Below, one piece after another: positions 1 through 15,619 of a DNA stretch of 64,000 nucleotides (the stretch's first letter is position 1; each line of letters begins with the position of its first letter). This stretch comes from the human T2T-CHM13v2.0 reference genome, Homo sapiens: NCBI RefSeq assembly GCF_009914755.1, contig NC_060947.1, one strand, 5' to 3'. The translations under genes were made by a program, and so were the position numbers. The notes under the pieces were generated by a model. That model ran no database searches, was not told the DNA's origin, and was given only the letters and a program-made list of their open reading frames with translations.

Positions 1-2551
<2,551 letters not shown>

Positions 2552-5500
2552 GGAGGTAGAGCAAGACAGCAGAATAGAAAGGTCCACTCATTGTCACCTT
2601 TATAAGGAAAGTTAACAACTATCTACATAGAAAAAGCACATTCGTAAGAACCAAAAATTATGTGAGTACTTGATTTTAAATTCGTATAGCTGAAAAATGA
2701 ACTAAAGAGATAGAAAAACCAGTACTGAATCGCTGATGCCATCTCTCCCTGACCCTTGGTAACAGCTGCATTGTCCCCGTAGCCTCTCTGAGCACTAGGA
2801 GAGAAAGAATATAACAATTCTGAGGCAATAAACAGTGTTGTTATTTACAGCGGAAAAGAAAACCAGACTGAACTCAGCAAATGGCCACCCATGGAGGGAG
2901 GGTTTCAACCAGCCCTAGCCAGAGGGGAATCTCCTAGCTCAGCGGTGTGAACATGAATTTCTGTAAACTTCACCACCAAGGGCCGAAGTGCTCTAGGTCT
3001 CTATGTAACCTTGAAAGACAGTCTAGGTAATAACGAGTGCAACTATTAGGCAAGTCCTGGGGAAGAACTAGGCCCAGAGACAGTGGACTGGAGGGGCACA
3101 TGACATTCTGAGACACCAGCTGGGGAAGCCAAGGGAATACTGGCATCAATCCTCCCCTAACCCAAGGCTGCAAGTTTCACAGCTCCGAAAGAGACTTCTT
3201 CCTTCTGCTTGAGGAGTGAGGAGGACTTTGTATTGCATATTGGATACTAGCTCAGCCATAGCAAGATAGGGCACTGGTCAGAGTAGTGAGGTACCCATTC
3301 CAGGCCCTAGCTCTCAGATGACATTTCTGGACACACCTTGGGTATGACTAGAAATGGGAATGTGCTGCCATGAGGAAAAAGAACCAGTCCTGTCAGCATT
3401 TAGCATCTGCTAACTGATGAGTCCTTGGGCCCTGAGTAACCAGCAGTGATACTCAAGTACTACATCAAGAGCCTTAGTGAACCCCTGAGACTTGCTGAAT
3501 TTAGGTGAGACTCAGCACATTACCAGCTGTGGTAGTTGTGTGGCAAACCTTTTTCTGCTTGAGAAAAGCAAAGGACAAAGTAAAGGGAACTTTGTTCTAC
3601 ACCTTAAATACCAATACCACTATAGGTGTGTAGAGTACCAAGCTGGGGATTGGGGTTCCTGATTTCAGGACTCAACTCTTGGACAACATTTCTGGTCTGG
3701 CCCTGGGCTAGAAGGGAGTTCCCTTCCCTGAAGGGTGAGTCCTAGGCCAGACAGAATTCACTGCAAGCTGACATAAGAGACTTTGAGCCTTAAGAACACA
3801 TTGGTGGTAGTCTGGCAGTACGCCTTGTTTCCAGGGGTGGTAGCTCTGGGGTGAAACTTATTTGCCTTTGGAAAAGGGGAGGAAAGAGTGGGAAGAATTG
3901 TGTCTAGTGGTTTGAGCGTGAGCTTGGCAACAATACAGTACAATACTAGGTAGGCTTCTAAGGTTTTTCACTCTAGTCCCTGATTCCCAGACGGTACTTC
4001 TGAACCTCCCTGGAATACAGGGGACCTAACTTCCCTGAAGTGATGGACACAGGCATGGTTGGCATTGCCACCTGCTGATTACAGAACTCCAGGCCCTTGA
4101 ATGAAGGTAGGCAGTAGCCAGGGAGTGGCTACAGTTGACTTTGGGCAAGAGCCAGTGCTGTGCTGACTTTACATCTGACCTAGCACAGTCATACATGTAG
4201 TGGCCACAGGGATGGCCTGCGTCACTCCACCACCAGCTTTAGGTGACTCAGAACAGAGACAGAGGCTCTGAAAGTAAGGGAAAAGAACAAGAGTCTCTGC
4301 CTGTCAATCCAGAGAATTCTCCCGGATCCTGTCCAAGAACATCAAGGTGGTACTTCTATGAGTCTGCAAGAACTACAGCATTACTTGGCTTGGGGTGTAC
4401 CATAAAGTAGAAACAGCTTTGATCACAACACCCAAGTTCTTTAAAATATCTGGAAAGCCCTCCCAAGAAGGATGACTACAAATAAGCTCAGATAATGAAG
4501 ACTACAAAAAATACATAAACCTTCAATGTCCAGACACTGAAGAATATCTACTAGCATCAACACCATCCAAGGAAATAAGTCTTCACCAAATGAACAAAAT
4601 AAGGCACCAGGGACCAATTCTGGCAAACAGAGATATGTTACCTTTCAGATAGAGAATTCAAAAATGTTGTGCTAAGGACACTCAAAGAAATTCAAGATAA
4701 TACAGGGAAATAATTGAGAATTCTATTAGATAGATTTAACAAGGATATTGATATAATTAAAAAGAATCCAGCAGAAATTCTGGAGCTGAAAAATGCAGCT
4801 GACGTAGTAAAAAATTCATCAGAGTATTTTAATAGCAGAATGACTCAAGCAGAAGAAGGAATTAGTGAGCATGAAGACAGGTTATTTGAAAACACACAGT
4901 GATAGGAGACAAAAGAAAATAGGATAAAAACAATGAAACATACTTACGGAATCTACAAAATAGTCTCAAATGGGCAAATCTAATAATTATTGCCCTTAAA
5001 GAAGACACAGAGAAAGAAACAGGAGTAGGAAGTTTCTTCAAATAGATAAAAACAGAGAACTTTTCAGACCTAGAGAAATATATCAATATCCAAGTACAAG
5101 AAGGTTATAGAACACCAAGCACATTTAACCCAAAGTATACAACCTCAAGGCATTTAGTAATCAAACTTCCAGACATCAAGGATAAAAAAGATCTTAAAAG
5201 CAATAAGAAAATAAAAAAGAAACAAATAACATACAATAGAGCTCCAATACATCTAGGAGCAGACTTTATAGTGGAAACCTTACAGGCCACAAGAGAGTGG
5301 CATGACATATTTAAAATGCTAAAGAAAAAAAAACTTTTACCCTAGAATAGTATATACAGTGAAAATATCATTTAAACAAGAAGGAGAAATAAAAACTTCC
5401 CCAAACAAACAGAAGCTGAGAGATTTCACCAACACCAGACCTGTCCTACAAGAAATGCTAAAGGGAGTAATTGAATGAGAAAGAAAAGAACATTAGTGAG

Positions 5501-8500
5501 CAGTAAGTCATCACCTGAAGGTAAGAAACTCACTGGTAATAGCAAGTACAAAGAAAAAAACACAATATATTATAACACTGTAACTGTTGTGTGTAAACTA
5601 CTCTTATCCTAAGTAGAAAGGCTAAAAAATAAACCAATCAAAATAATAACTACAACCACTTTTCAAGGCATGGACAGTACAATAAGATATGAAAAGAAAT
5701 CACAAAAAGTTAAAAAGTGAAGGGATGAAGTTAAGGTGAGTTTTTATTAGTTTTCTTTATGTGTGTTTGTTTGTTGCAAATAGTGATAAGTTGTTATCAG
5801 GTTAAAATAATGAGTTATAAGGTAGTATTTGCAAGCTTCATGGTAACCTAAAACCAAAAAACATACGATACACATAAAATAAAAAAGTAATAAATTAAAC
5901 CATATCACCAGAGAAAATCATCTTCACTAAAGGAAGACAAATGAAAGAAAGAAGGAAGAGAAGGCCACAGAACAACCAGAAAACAAATAAAAAATGCCAG
6001 GAGTAAGTCCTTATTCATCAATAGTAGCATTGAATGTAAATTGACTGATCTCTTTAATTAGAGACATAGACAGGCTAAATGGATGAAAAATAAGAGCCAT
6101 TAATATGTTGCACACAAGAATCACACTTCACCTATTAAGTCTCACATAGACTGAACATAAAAAGATAAATGAAGATATTCAGTACAAATGGCAACTAAAA
6201 ATAAGCAGGAGTCGCTATACTTATATCAGAAAAAACAGGTTTTAAAACAAAAACCATAAGAGACAAAGAAGGGCACTATATAATTATAAAGGGGTAAATT
6301 GACTAAGAGGATATAATACTTTTAAATATATATGCACCCAAGCTGTAGCACACAGATATATAAAGAAAATATTATTTGAGCTAAAGAGAGACATAGACCC
6401 TAATACAATAATAGCTGGAGGCTTCAACACCCCACTTGCGGCACTGAACAGTTCTTCCACACAGAAAATGAACAACAAAAATCAGACAACCTGCACTGTA
6501 GACCAAATGGATCTAATACATATTTAGAAAACATTTCATCCAAGAGCTGTACAATACACATTCTTTCCCTCAGCACATGGATCATTCTTAAGGATAGACC
6601 ATAGGTTAGGTCACAAAATAAGTCTTAAATAGCCAGAAAAATTGAAATAATATCAACCATCTTCTCTGACCACAATGGAATAAAACTACAAATTGACGAG
6701 AGAAATTTTGGAAACAATACAAATACTAAAAATTAAACAATATGCTCCTGAATGGCCAGTGGGTCAATGAAGAAATTTAAATGAAAATTGAAAAAGTCTT
6801 GCAACAAATGATAATGGAAACACATTATACAAAATCCTATGGGATGCAGCAAAAGCAGTACTAAGAGGGAAGTCTATAGCCTTATAGCTATAAGTTAAAA
6901 GAGAGAAAAATTTCTAATAAACAATCTAATGACGTATCTTTTAAAAAGAAACTAGAGAAGCAAGAGCATACCAAACTCAAAATTAGTAGAAGGAAAAAAA
7001 ATAAAGATCAGACTATAAATAAATAAAATTGAAATAAAAAACAGAAAAGATTAATTATTCAACAAGTTTTGTTTTGAAAAATTAAACAACCTCGACAAAC
7101 CTTTACCCAGATTAACTGAGAAAAAAAGAGAGCAGATCCAAATAAATATAATGAGAAATGAAAATAAAAACATTGCAACTGAAACTGCAAACATTAAAGG
7201 ATCATTTTTGGCTACTATGAGCAACATATGCCAATAAATTGAAAAATCTAGAAGAAATTGGCAAATTTCTAGATATATGCAACCTACCAAATTTGAACCA
7301 AGAAGAAATCCAAAATCTTAACAGAATAATGACAAGTATCAAGACCAAACCCAAAATAAAACGTCTCTCATTAAAAAAAAGCGAGGGACCTGATGACTTC
7401 ACTGCTGAATTCTACCAAACAATTAAAAAACAATTGACACCAAATCTACTCCATATTCTGAAAAATAGAGGAGAAGGCAATACCTATAAACTCATTGTAT
7501 AAGGCCTGTATTACCCTGCCACAAAAACCAGAAAAGACATATCAAAAAAAAAAGAGAAAACTACAAATATCTCTAATGAATATTAATGCAAAAGTCCTCA
7601 ATAAAATACTACCAAACCAAATTCAACAATACATTAGAAAGATCATTCATCATGACAATGTGGGATTTATTTCTGGGATGCAGTATGTTTCAACATATAC
7701 AAATCAGTCTATGGGACACATCGTGTCAACAGAATAAAGTATAAGAACCATGGGATCATTTCAATTGATGCTAAAAAAGCATTTGATAAAAGTCGACATC
7801 TTTTAATGATAAAAAAAAACCCTAAAAAAACTGGATTGAGGGAACATGCCTCAACATAATAAAAGCTGTATATGACAGACTGACAGCTAGTATTATGCTG
7901 AATGGTGAAAAGTGATAGCCTTTCCTCTATGATCTGGAACAAGACAAAGATGACCATTGTCACCACTGTTATTCAACATAATACAGGAAGTCCTATCTAG
8001 AGCAATTAGACAAGATTAGGATACAAAGTGCATCCAAATTTGTGAGGAAGAAATGAAATTATCCTTGTTTGCAGATGATATAATCTTATACTTGGAAATA
8101 CCTAAGGACGCCATAAGAAAAGTATTAGAATTGGTAAACAAATTCAGTAAAACTGCAGGATACAAAATGAACCTACAAAAATCAGTAGCATTTCTATACT
8201 CCAACAGTGAACAATATGAAAAAGAAATAAAAAAAGTAATTCCATGTACAAAAGCCACACATAAAATTAAATACCTAGGAATTAACTTATCCAAAGAAGG
8301 TCTCTATAATGAAAACTTATAAAAGAAATTAAAGAAGACACCAAAAAATGGAAGAGTATTCTATGTTCACTTATTGGCAGAATCAATATGTTAAAATATC
8401 CATACTACCAAAAGCAATCCACAGATTCAATGCAGTCACTATGAAAATACCAATGACATTTCCCACAGAAATGGAAAAATAATCCTAATATTTATATGAA

Positions 8501-10140
8501 ATCACAAAAGACCCAGAATATCCAAAGTTATCCTAAGAAAAAATAAGAAAACCGAAAGAATCACATTACCTGATTTCAAATTATACTACAGATCTATCAT
8601 AATCAAAACAGCATGGTACTGGCATAAAAACAGACACATACACCAATGAAACATAATAGAGAACCCAGAAACAAATCCATATACCTACTTTTTACGCATT
8701 TTTCACCAATATGCCATTTATGCTGGAGAAAAGACAATCTCTTCAATAAATGGTGCTGGGAGAACTGGATATCCACATGCAGAAGAATGAAACAAGACTC
8801 CTATCTGTCACCATTTAGAAAAAAAATTAAAGTGGATTAAAGACTTAAATCTGAGACCTCAAAATATGAAACTACTACAAGGAACCTGGTGAAAATCTCC
8901 AGGACATTAGTCTGGGAAGAAATTTCTTGAGCAATACCCCACAAGCACAGGCAACCAAAACAAAAACAAACAAATGGAATAACATCAAGTTAAAAAGCCT
9001 TTGCACAGTAATGGAAACAATCAACAAAGTGACAAGACAACTCACAGAGTGGAAGAAAGTATTTCCATACTACCCATCTTATAAGGGATTAATAATCAGA
9101 AGAAGAAGAAGCTCAATTAACTCTATAGGAAAGAATTCTAATAATCCAATCAAAAGATGGGCAAAATATCCAAATAGACATTTCTGAAAATAACAACGTA
9201 CAAACGGCAAAGAAGCATATGAAAAGATGCTCAACATCATGGAATACCAGGAAAAATTCAAATCAAAACAAAAATGAGATATTATCTCATCCCAGTTAAA
9301 ATGATTTATATCCAAAAAACAGGAAATAACAAATACTGGTGAGTGTGTGGGTCAAAAATAATCTTTGTACACTCCTGGTGGATATGTAAATTATTATAAC
9401 CACTATGGAGAACAGATTTGAAGTTCCTCAAAAAACTGAAAATTGAGCTACCATATGATCCAGCAGTCCTGCTGCTGGTGTATACCCTAAAGAAAGAAAA
9501 TCAGTTTATCAAAGAGATATCTGCACCCCTATGTTTGTCACAGCACTGTTTACAATAGCTAAGATTTGAAAGCAACCTGTCTGTCGACAGATGAATGTAT
9601 GAAAAGATGTGGTACATATACACAATGGAGTACTACACTGTCATATAAAAGATGAGATACTACAATTTGCAACCACATGGATGGAACAGGAGATCTTATG
9701 TGAAATAAGTCAGGCACAGAAAGACACATATCACATGTTCTCACTTATTTGTGCGATCTGAAAATCAAAACAATAGAACTCAGGGACATAGAGAGTAGAA
9801 GGATGGTTACTGGAGGTGAGGGAGGAAGGGTAGTGAGGAGCTGAGGGGAGGTGGGGATGGTTAATGGGTACCAAACAAAATAGTTAGAAAAAAAATGAAT
9901 AAGACCTACTATTGATAGCTGCACATAATGGTAACTATAGTCATTAATAAGTTAAATGTATGTTTTGAAATAACATAGAGTGTAATTGGATTGTTTGCAA
10001 CTCAAAAGAAAAATGTCTGTGGGGATGGCTACCCCATTCTTCATGATATGCTTATGTCACATTTCAGCCTATATTAAAACATCTCACATAGTCCATAAAT
10101 ATATACATCTACCATATACCCAAAGAATTTTTTAAAAATA
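2552..10140 (+). mobile_element. Full-length decayed LINE-1 (L1MA1-like), ~7.6 kb
   Basis: 5' end ggaggtagagcaag...; ORF1 remnant (4714-4902), ORF2 remnants (7239-9187, RT motif LFADDIILYL in 8053-8322); L1MA-type 3' UTR; decayed TSD aacataagtaaatt / aacattagtgagtt. Confidence 0.9.
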
Positions 10141-10290
10141 TTTATAACATTAGTGAGTTTTGTGTTTAGACTTGAGTCTTATACACAAGACATCTTATCA
10201 TGTATAGGCGAGTATTCCAAAATCTGAAAAAAATCTAAAATCCAAAATACTTCCGGTCCCAAGCATTTTCAATAAGGGAGACACAATCTC
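10141..10290 (+). mobile_element. Tigger4/Zombi, segment 3 with right terminal inverted repeat
   Basis: tgtgtttagacttg...attccaaaatctgaaaaaaatctaaaatccaaaatacttccggtcccaagcattttcaataaggg is the Tigger4/MER46-type end; resumes where segment 2 stopped. Confidence 0.85.
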
Positions 10291-10329
10291 CCTTATTAAC
10301 CTTATAAACCTGAATCTCATTTTTGTCTT

Positions 10330-12518
10330 CTTCTCGTTGTTAATTATTTCTTATTTATTTATTAATTCATTTCTACATTTATCTATTTAGAATTTCTGTG
10401 CATTACGCATATCTTTCTTTAGAATTACATTTTCATGTATCTTTAGTGTTTCTTAGTGTGTCTGTTTGTATAGTTTTCCTAGTGATTGCTCTAGGTATTA
10501 CAATATGTATATCTTCACTAAAGACATAAATGAAAGAGCAAAGACCACAAAACAAACAGAAAACAAATTTTAAAATAGCAGGAGTAAGTCTTTGTTCACC
10601 AGTAGTAACATTTAAGGTAAATGTAAATATCATAGTTGCTGGCATTGACATTTTACTGGTTTGAGTGAAGCATAGAATCCTTAATCCCTTTATCACTTTA
10701 TCCTCCCCCATTTATAAGTGATTTAAATATTTTCTCTATGTATGTTTGAAATCACATCAGATAATGTTATAATGTTTGCTTCAACTGTAAAACATAGTTT
10801 AGTAAACACAAGGGAAGAAGGAAATCCTATTTCACTGATCCATATGTTGATAATTTTTCTTGTTTTTACTTCATTTCTCACATTCCAAGATTCTCTTTAT
10901 CATTTATTCTGTGTTTCAATAATTCCCTTCATTCTTTTAGAAGTATATGTGCTGGCAAAATCAATAATTCCCTTTATCTATTCTTTTAGAAGTATATCTG
11001 CTGGCAAAAAATTATCTTAATTATCTTTCATCTGATATTTGTTTTGATTTTTCTTCATTATTCAAGGATTCTTTGCTGGACATAAAATTCTTAATTAATA
11101 GTTATTTTATGTTAGCACTTGAAGAAATATTATGCCCATTCCTTCTGGCTTCCATGGTGTTGGATAAGAAATACATTGTCATTTCAATTGTTTTCCTACT
11201 AAGTAAAGCATCATGTCTCTCTTGCTTCTTTCAAAGTTTTTTCTTTAGCTTTAGCTTTTACAAGTTTGATTATGATGTGTCTTGGCATGGATCTCTTTGG
11301 ACTTACCCGGTTTGGGATTCAATCAAATTCTTTAATCTGTAGGTTTATGTTTTTTGTAAAATTTGAGAAATTTTCAGCCATTATTAAATTGCATACTCTT
11401 TCAGCCCTACCTTCTTTCTATTCTCCTTTAGGATATCAATGACTCTAATGTTAGTGTAATAAGAATTGTTGATTGAAGCATTTTTATGATGGTTGCTTTA
11501 AACTTATCAGGAAACATTTCTGTCATCTCAGAATTTGTGTATATTGATTATCTTTTTATATTGAAATTGTGATTTTATTAGTACTTGGCCTAAGTGATTT
11601 TTGATTGATATCTGGCCATTTAAGGTATTATGAGATTGCATTTTATTTAAACCATCAGTTTTGTTGTCTTCCACTGACACTGCTCATGCATAAGAAGTGG
11701 GTATTTCCTTGCTGCCAGATGGGGATGAAATTCCAGATTTTCTTTTCAGCTTTCCTTAACACAAATGGGTAAAAGACTCATTATTATTGCTAGGTAATAG
11801 CAACAATATTACCTAGCAATATTAGGAGGAGAGTTTTAGCTCCCCCTAGGCCTCCACTGAAAATACCATGGCTGAGAAGAGGAGGGATACCACATTACGG
11901 CTTACAATGTGGCTTCCACTGATATAAAGGGTGATTGTGTGGGCTTTTATTTCTGCTAGGTGAGGCTAAAGTTATAGCATCTCATTTTGACTTCTCTAAC
12001 ACAATGCCAGCAGGGAAAAATAAAGGAAATGAATAAATAATTAAATTCTGTTGGGAATGAAATTCTAAGCTCTCCACTTGACCTTTGTTGGCTGGTTGGG
12101 GCTGGAGCCACTGTTATTCCTAGAGTGTTTTTATGCAGTAAGGTGGTTTTGTCTAAAACTTTTCTGTTTTCCTCAGCTGCTCATTTTCTCATCCTTTAGT
12201 TAGAGAGAACACGCTTTCCTTGGGGCTGCTCTTTTTGTGTGTAATTGTTGGCATGGTCAAGTTGCCATCATCTCTGGAACCCAGTCTAGGATCTATTACG
12301 CAACAAAGAAAAACAAGACAAACAAATGGAAAAACCTGAAATTTATTGCTGTACCAATTCTTCAGGTCCCAAGGTCTCTAGCCAATCCCCTTCTCCTGTA
12401 TACTTATTAGAAACATCATATATTTGCTTTAAATGTAATGTGTGTGATTTTAAGTGTAGTTAGCAGGAATGATAGAGAGAATTGTGTCAACTTCATCTCA
12501 TTGTGGAACAGGAAGTGA
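10330..12518 (-). mobile_element. Old L1M (L1MC/MD-like) 5' UTR-ORF1 fragment
   Basis: T-rich antisense ORF1-like sequence (e.g. aaatttgagaaattttcagccattatt); ends in L1M-like 5' terminus catctcattgtggaacaggaagtg. Confidence 0.65.
10511..10622 (+). mobile_element. ~110-bp internal L1MA fragment (just upstream of/at ORF2 start) inserted in the older L1
   Basis: Aligns to 5920-6040 of the neighbouring L1 (atcttcactaaag...caggagtaagtc...gtaaat); opposite orientation to host. Confidence 0.75.
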
Positions 12519-13541
12519 CTATAACCACATTGACTGTTGTCAGCAGTGAATGAATGTGCATAAAACACTCAGAACAATACTGACAGGCAGCAAAGTGTTC
12601 AATTAAAATTTAGGATTACATATTATAAAGACTGACAACCTGTAAAGTTTTTCTTTTTATCTTTAGGAAAGTTATGTATCAATTAATAAATATCAATGGA
12701 CACAGACTTTTATATTGTGAATAGATATAAAAATTAGAGAACACATTTTTGTAAGGCCTTCAAAGAGCTTTTGATCTTCTTGAAGAGAGAAGATATGATA
12801 TTATAAGACAATTAATGGGTAAATATAATCAAGCCACTAAAATATTCAGTACAAAAGGTTAGTCTTGCTGTGGTTTGAACCCGCGTTGATAAGGAGTATG
12901 GCTATTGAACAGCTGCTGCTAATGCCATTAATCTAGCCCATCGAAGTCTATCATTTTTATTAGGGAATTATATTTGTTATGGCTCTTGATAGCAAAACAT
13001 TTTTCAACCATTCATATTAATGTACAATATTTCAGTTGCTGAAGTCTCACATCAAAAACATCATAGAAGAACATTGAAGGCCAATGTGTATAAATGTTAC
13101 AGTACTTACTAAGGTTATTTCCAAATTTCAACTCACCAATATAAAACTAAAAATATTTGAGGTGGAAGTGAATTTTATAAGTAATAGTAATGCAATATAT
13201 TCACTTAGAAGATAGAATTTAAGATATATAATTAATATATTTTAATGCTAGAATTGTTAACAAACAAGCCAATTCTTTGAGAGTTGTTTAAGAAGAAATG
13301 TGAGGAAGGTACTTGTGGAATTCTTCAGAGACATTATTTTGTCATAATACAAATAGAAGAAAAAATTGAAGGGACAGAATCACCAATAGTGTTGTTTTCA
13401 GTAACTAGACCTGCATTAGTAAGCTAAAAATTAATAAACAAAAAATTAAAAATAAATACTCCTGGAAACAACAGGGTATAAATGAAAAATGGTAATGTTT
13501 CTATGATTGAAACCTGACAGTGAATGAGTAAAAGAGAGACA

Positions 13542-13570
<29 letters not shown>
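13542..13570. repeat. (CA)n microsatellite
   Basis: Perfect AC run. Confidence 0.95.
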
Positions 13571-13573
<3 letters not shown>

Positions 13574-14377
13574 TCAAAGGAGACCTCCATTAAAAGTATT
13601 GCAGAGCAGCAAAGCTATTTTAATTATACACATTTATCTCATCACTTCTGTGGACCAGAATGTCATCTACCAAAAGATTTGGACTGTGAATTTGACTGGT
13701 GGGAGTGATCGGGGTCCTCTCATTTTTTCTCCCCACAGGATTTTAAAAATTAGATAGCATGAGTTGACTGATCTCATTAGACACAGAGCTGTTTTAATCT
13801 CACCTCACTCTGTTTAATAATGGTATAAAATGCTTGAAAAATCAAGCAATTCATATGAAGTTCCATGGTAACTCTAATGCTGTCACTTGTAGTACCTAAT
13901 TTCATTTCCAGAAGAGGAAGGTCAGGGAGTCCCTAATCTCCTAAAAGTGTTCTTAATAACTTCTTTTCCTGATCCTTACATCTTCAAATATTCTAAATTT
14001 GTCTATTGCTAGGTTGATGTAATCTATTAAAATCATAATAAAGTCAATGTAAGCTGTATTTCTAGTGGCTCTAATTTGGATTTAAATAATACAATGTTTT
14101 AAAATATCTTTGTATTTATGGAAATATGGAAAAATAATACAGTTATAACACAGCTGACATACTCTTGATTATCTTTGTTTAAAAACCACTTTTCATGAGT
14201 CAGTTAATATTCTAAGAAAACAGATTGTCATTCTGTACTTAATCTATGGTTTATGTTTAAAAATAATGTGTCATGTTTTTTGATGTGGTGCAAGTGTTTG
14301 CATCTAGTATTATTATGAAAAACAACTGATGAACTTACTGAGCATTAAAAACATGGAAATCCTTGGTAAGAGCAGTT

Positions 14378-14537
14378 TACTATGTGATCTTGGGTAAGTC
14401 ATTTAAACTTGCCTGTATCTCAGGGTTTGTAAAAAATTAAACATTCAAAGGCAATAAGATATTTCCCACTTTGTGGGATTGATGGATCAAGTAAGATAAT
14501 GGATATAAAAATGCTTTGAGAGACTAAAACAGTGTAA
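14378..14537 (+). mobile_element. MIR SINE remnant
   Basis: MIR core tgtgatcttgggtaagtcatttaaac...ctcag and 3' part taatggatataaaaatgctttg. Confidence 0.7.
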
Positions 14538-14989
14538 AGTTTTTCTTTTTCTCTTTAAATATGTGCTGGTTTTAAGAAAAATAGTAGAAATGCATTCAAA
14601 ATACTCCCATAAGGTAGGGAGTATTTATTGTTTTGAATGACAGAAGTAAGGCTTTTTATTTTTAATCTAGTTATTTGTCTACAATACTATGGTGAGTTTT
14701 ACCTATACTGCAGTAATAGAGAAAACGAACTTATACCTCTTAGCTCATCTATTAAAGAAAGATTATACTGTTGTTTTTTTACTCTAAAGCCAGTATTTCC
14801 CGAAGTCTTCTAGCAACACGGATGTATGAAGACTAAGATATTTTAAAATAATCTTACCAAGGATTTCCATATTTTTAATGGTCATTGAAAGATTTTGGAA
14901 TATGACCCAGGCGGTAGCTATCAATGCTTACTGATGAAAATCAGCAAATAGAACTATAAAAGGTGAGGGGAGAAGCCATAACTGAGCCA

Positions 14990-15402
14990 ATTTATTTTTT
15001 ATTTTTTATATTATTTTTATTTTTTTATTTCAGTAGTTTTTTGGAAAACAGGTGGTGTTTGGTCACATGAATAAGTTCTTTACTGGTGTTTTGTGAGATT
15101 TTGGTGCACCCATCACCCAAACAGTATACACTGCACCTGATGTGTAGTCTTTTATCCCTCCCCACCCCCACTCTTTCTCAGTAGTCCCCAAAGTCCAACG
15201 TATCATTCTTATACCTTTGCATCCTCATAGCTCAGCTCCCACACATGAGTGAGGACATGCAATGTTGGGTTTTCCATTCCTGAGTTACTTCACTTAGAAT
15301 AATAGTCTCCAATTACATCCAGGTTGCTGTGAATTCCATTATTTCATTCCTTTTTGTGACTGAGTAGTATTCCATGGTGTGTGTGTGTGTGTATATATAT
15401 GT

Positions 15403-15443
<41 letters not shown>

Positions 15444-15618
15444 TTTATCCACTCATTGATTGGTGGGCATTTTGGCTGGTTCCATGTTTCTACAATTGCA
15501 AATTGTGCTGCTATAAACATCCCTGTGCAAGTATCTTTTTTGTATAATGAATTTTTTCCCTCTGGGTAGATACCTAGTAGAGCGATTGCTGGATCAAATG
15601 GTAGATCTACTTTTAGCG
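14990..15618 (-). mobile_element. L1PB (PB1/PB2-like) 5'-truncated 3' end
   Basis: T-rich tail then L1PB 3' UTR (aacaggtggtgtttggtcacatgaataagttcttta); internal (TG)n at ~15376-15442. Confidence 0.9.
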
Positions 15619-15619
15619 C

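Noticed and set aside
14593-14639. Imperfect hairpin aaatactccc/gggagtattt with outer cattcaaaa/ttttgaatg as a pre-miRNA or terminator
   Set aside because: Too short and bulged for a pre-miRNA; intrinsic terminators are not relevant in this genome
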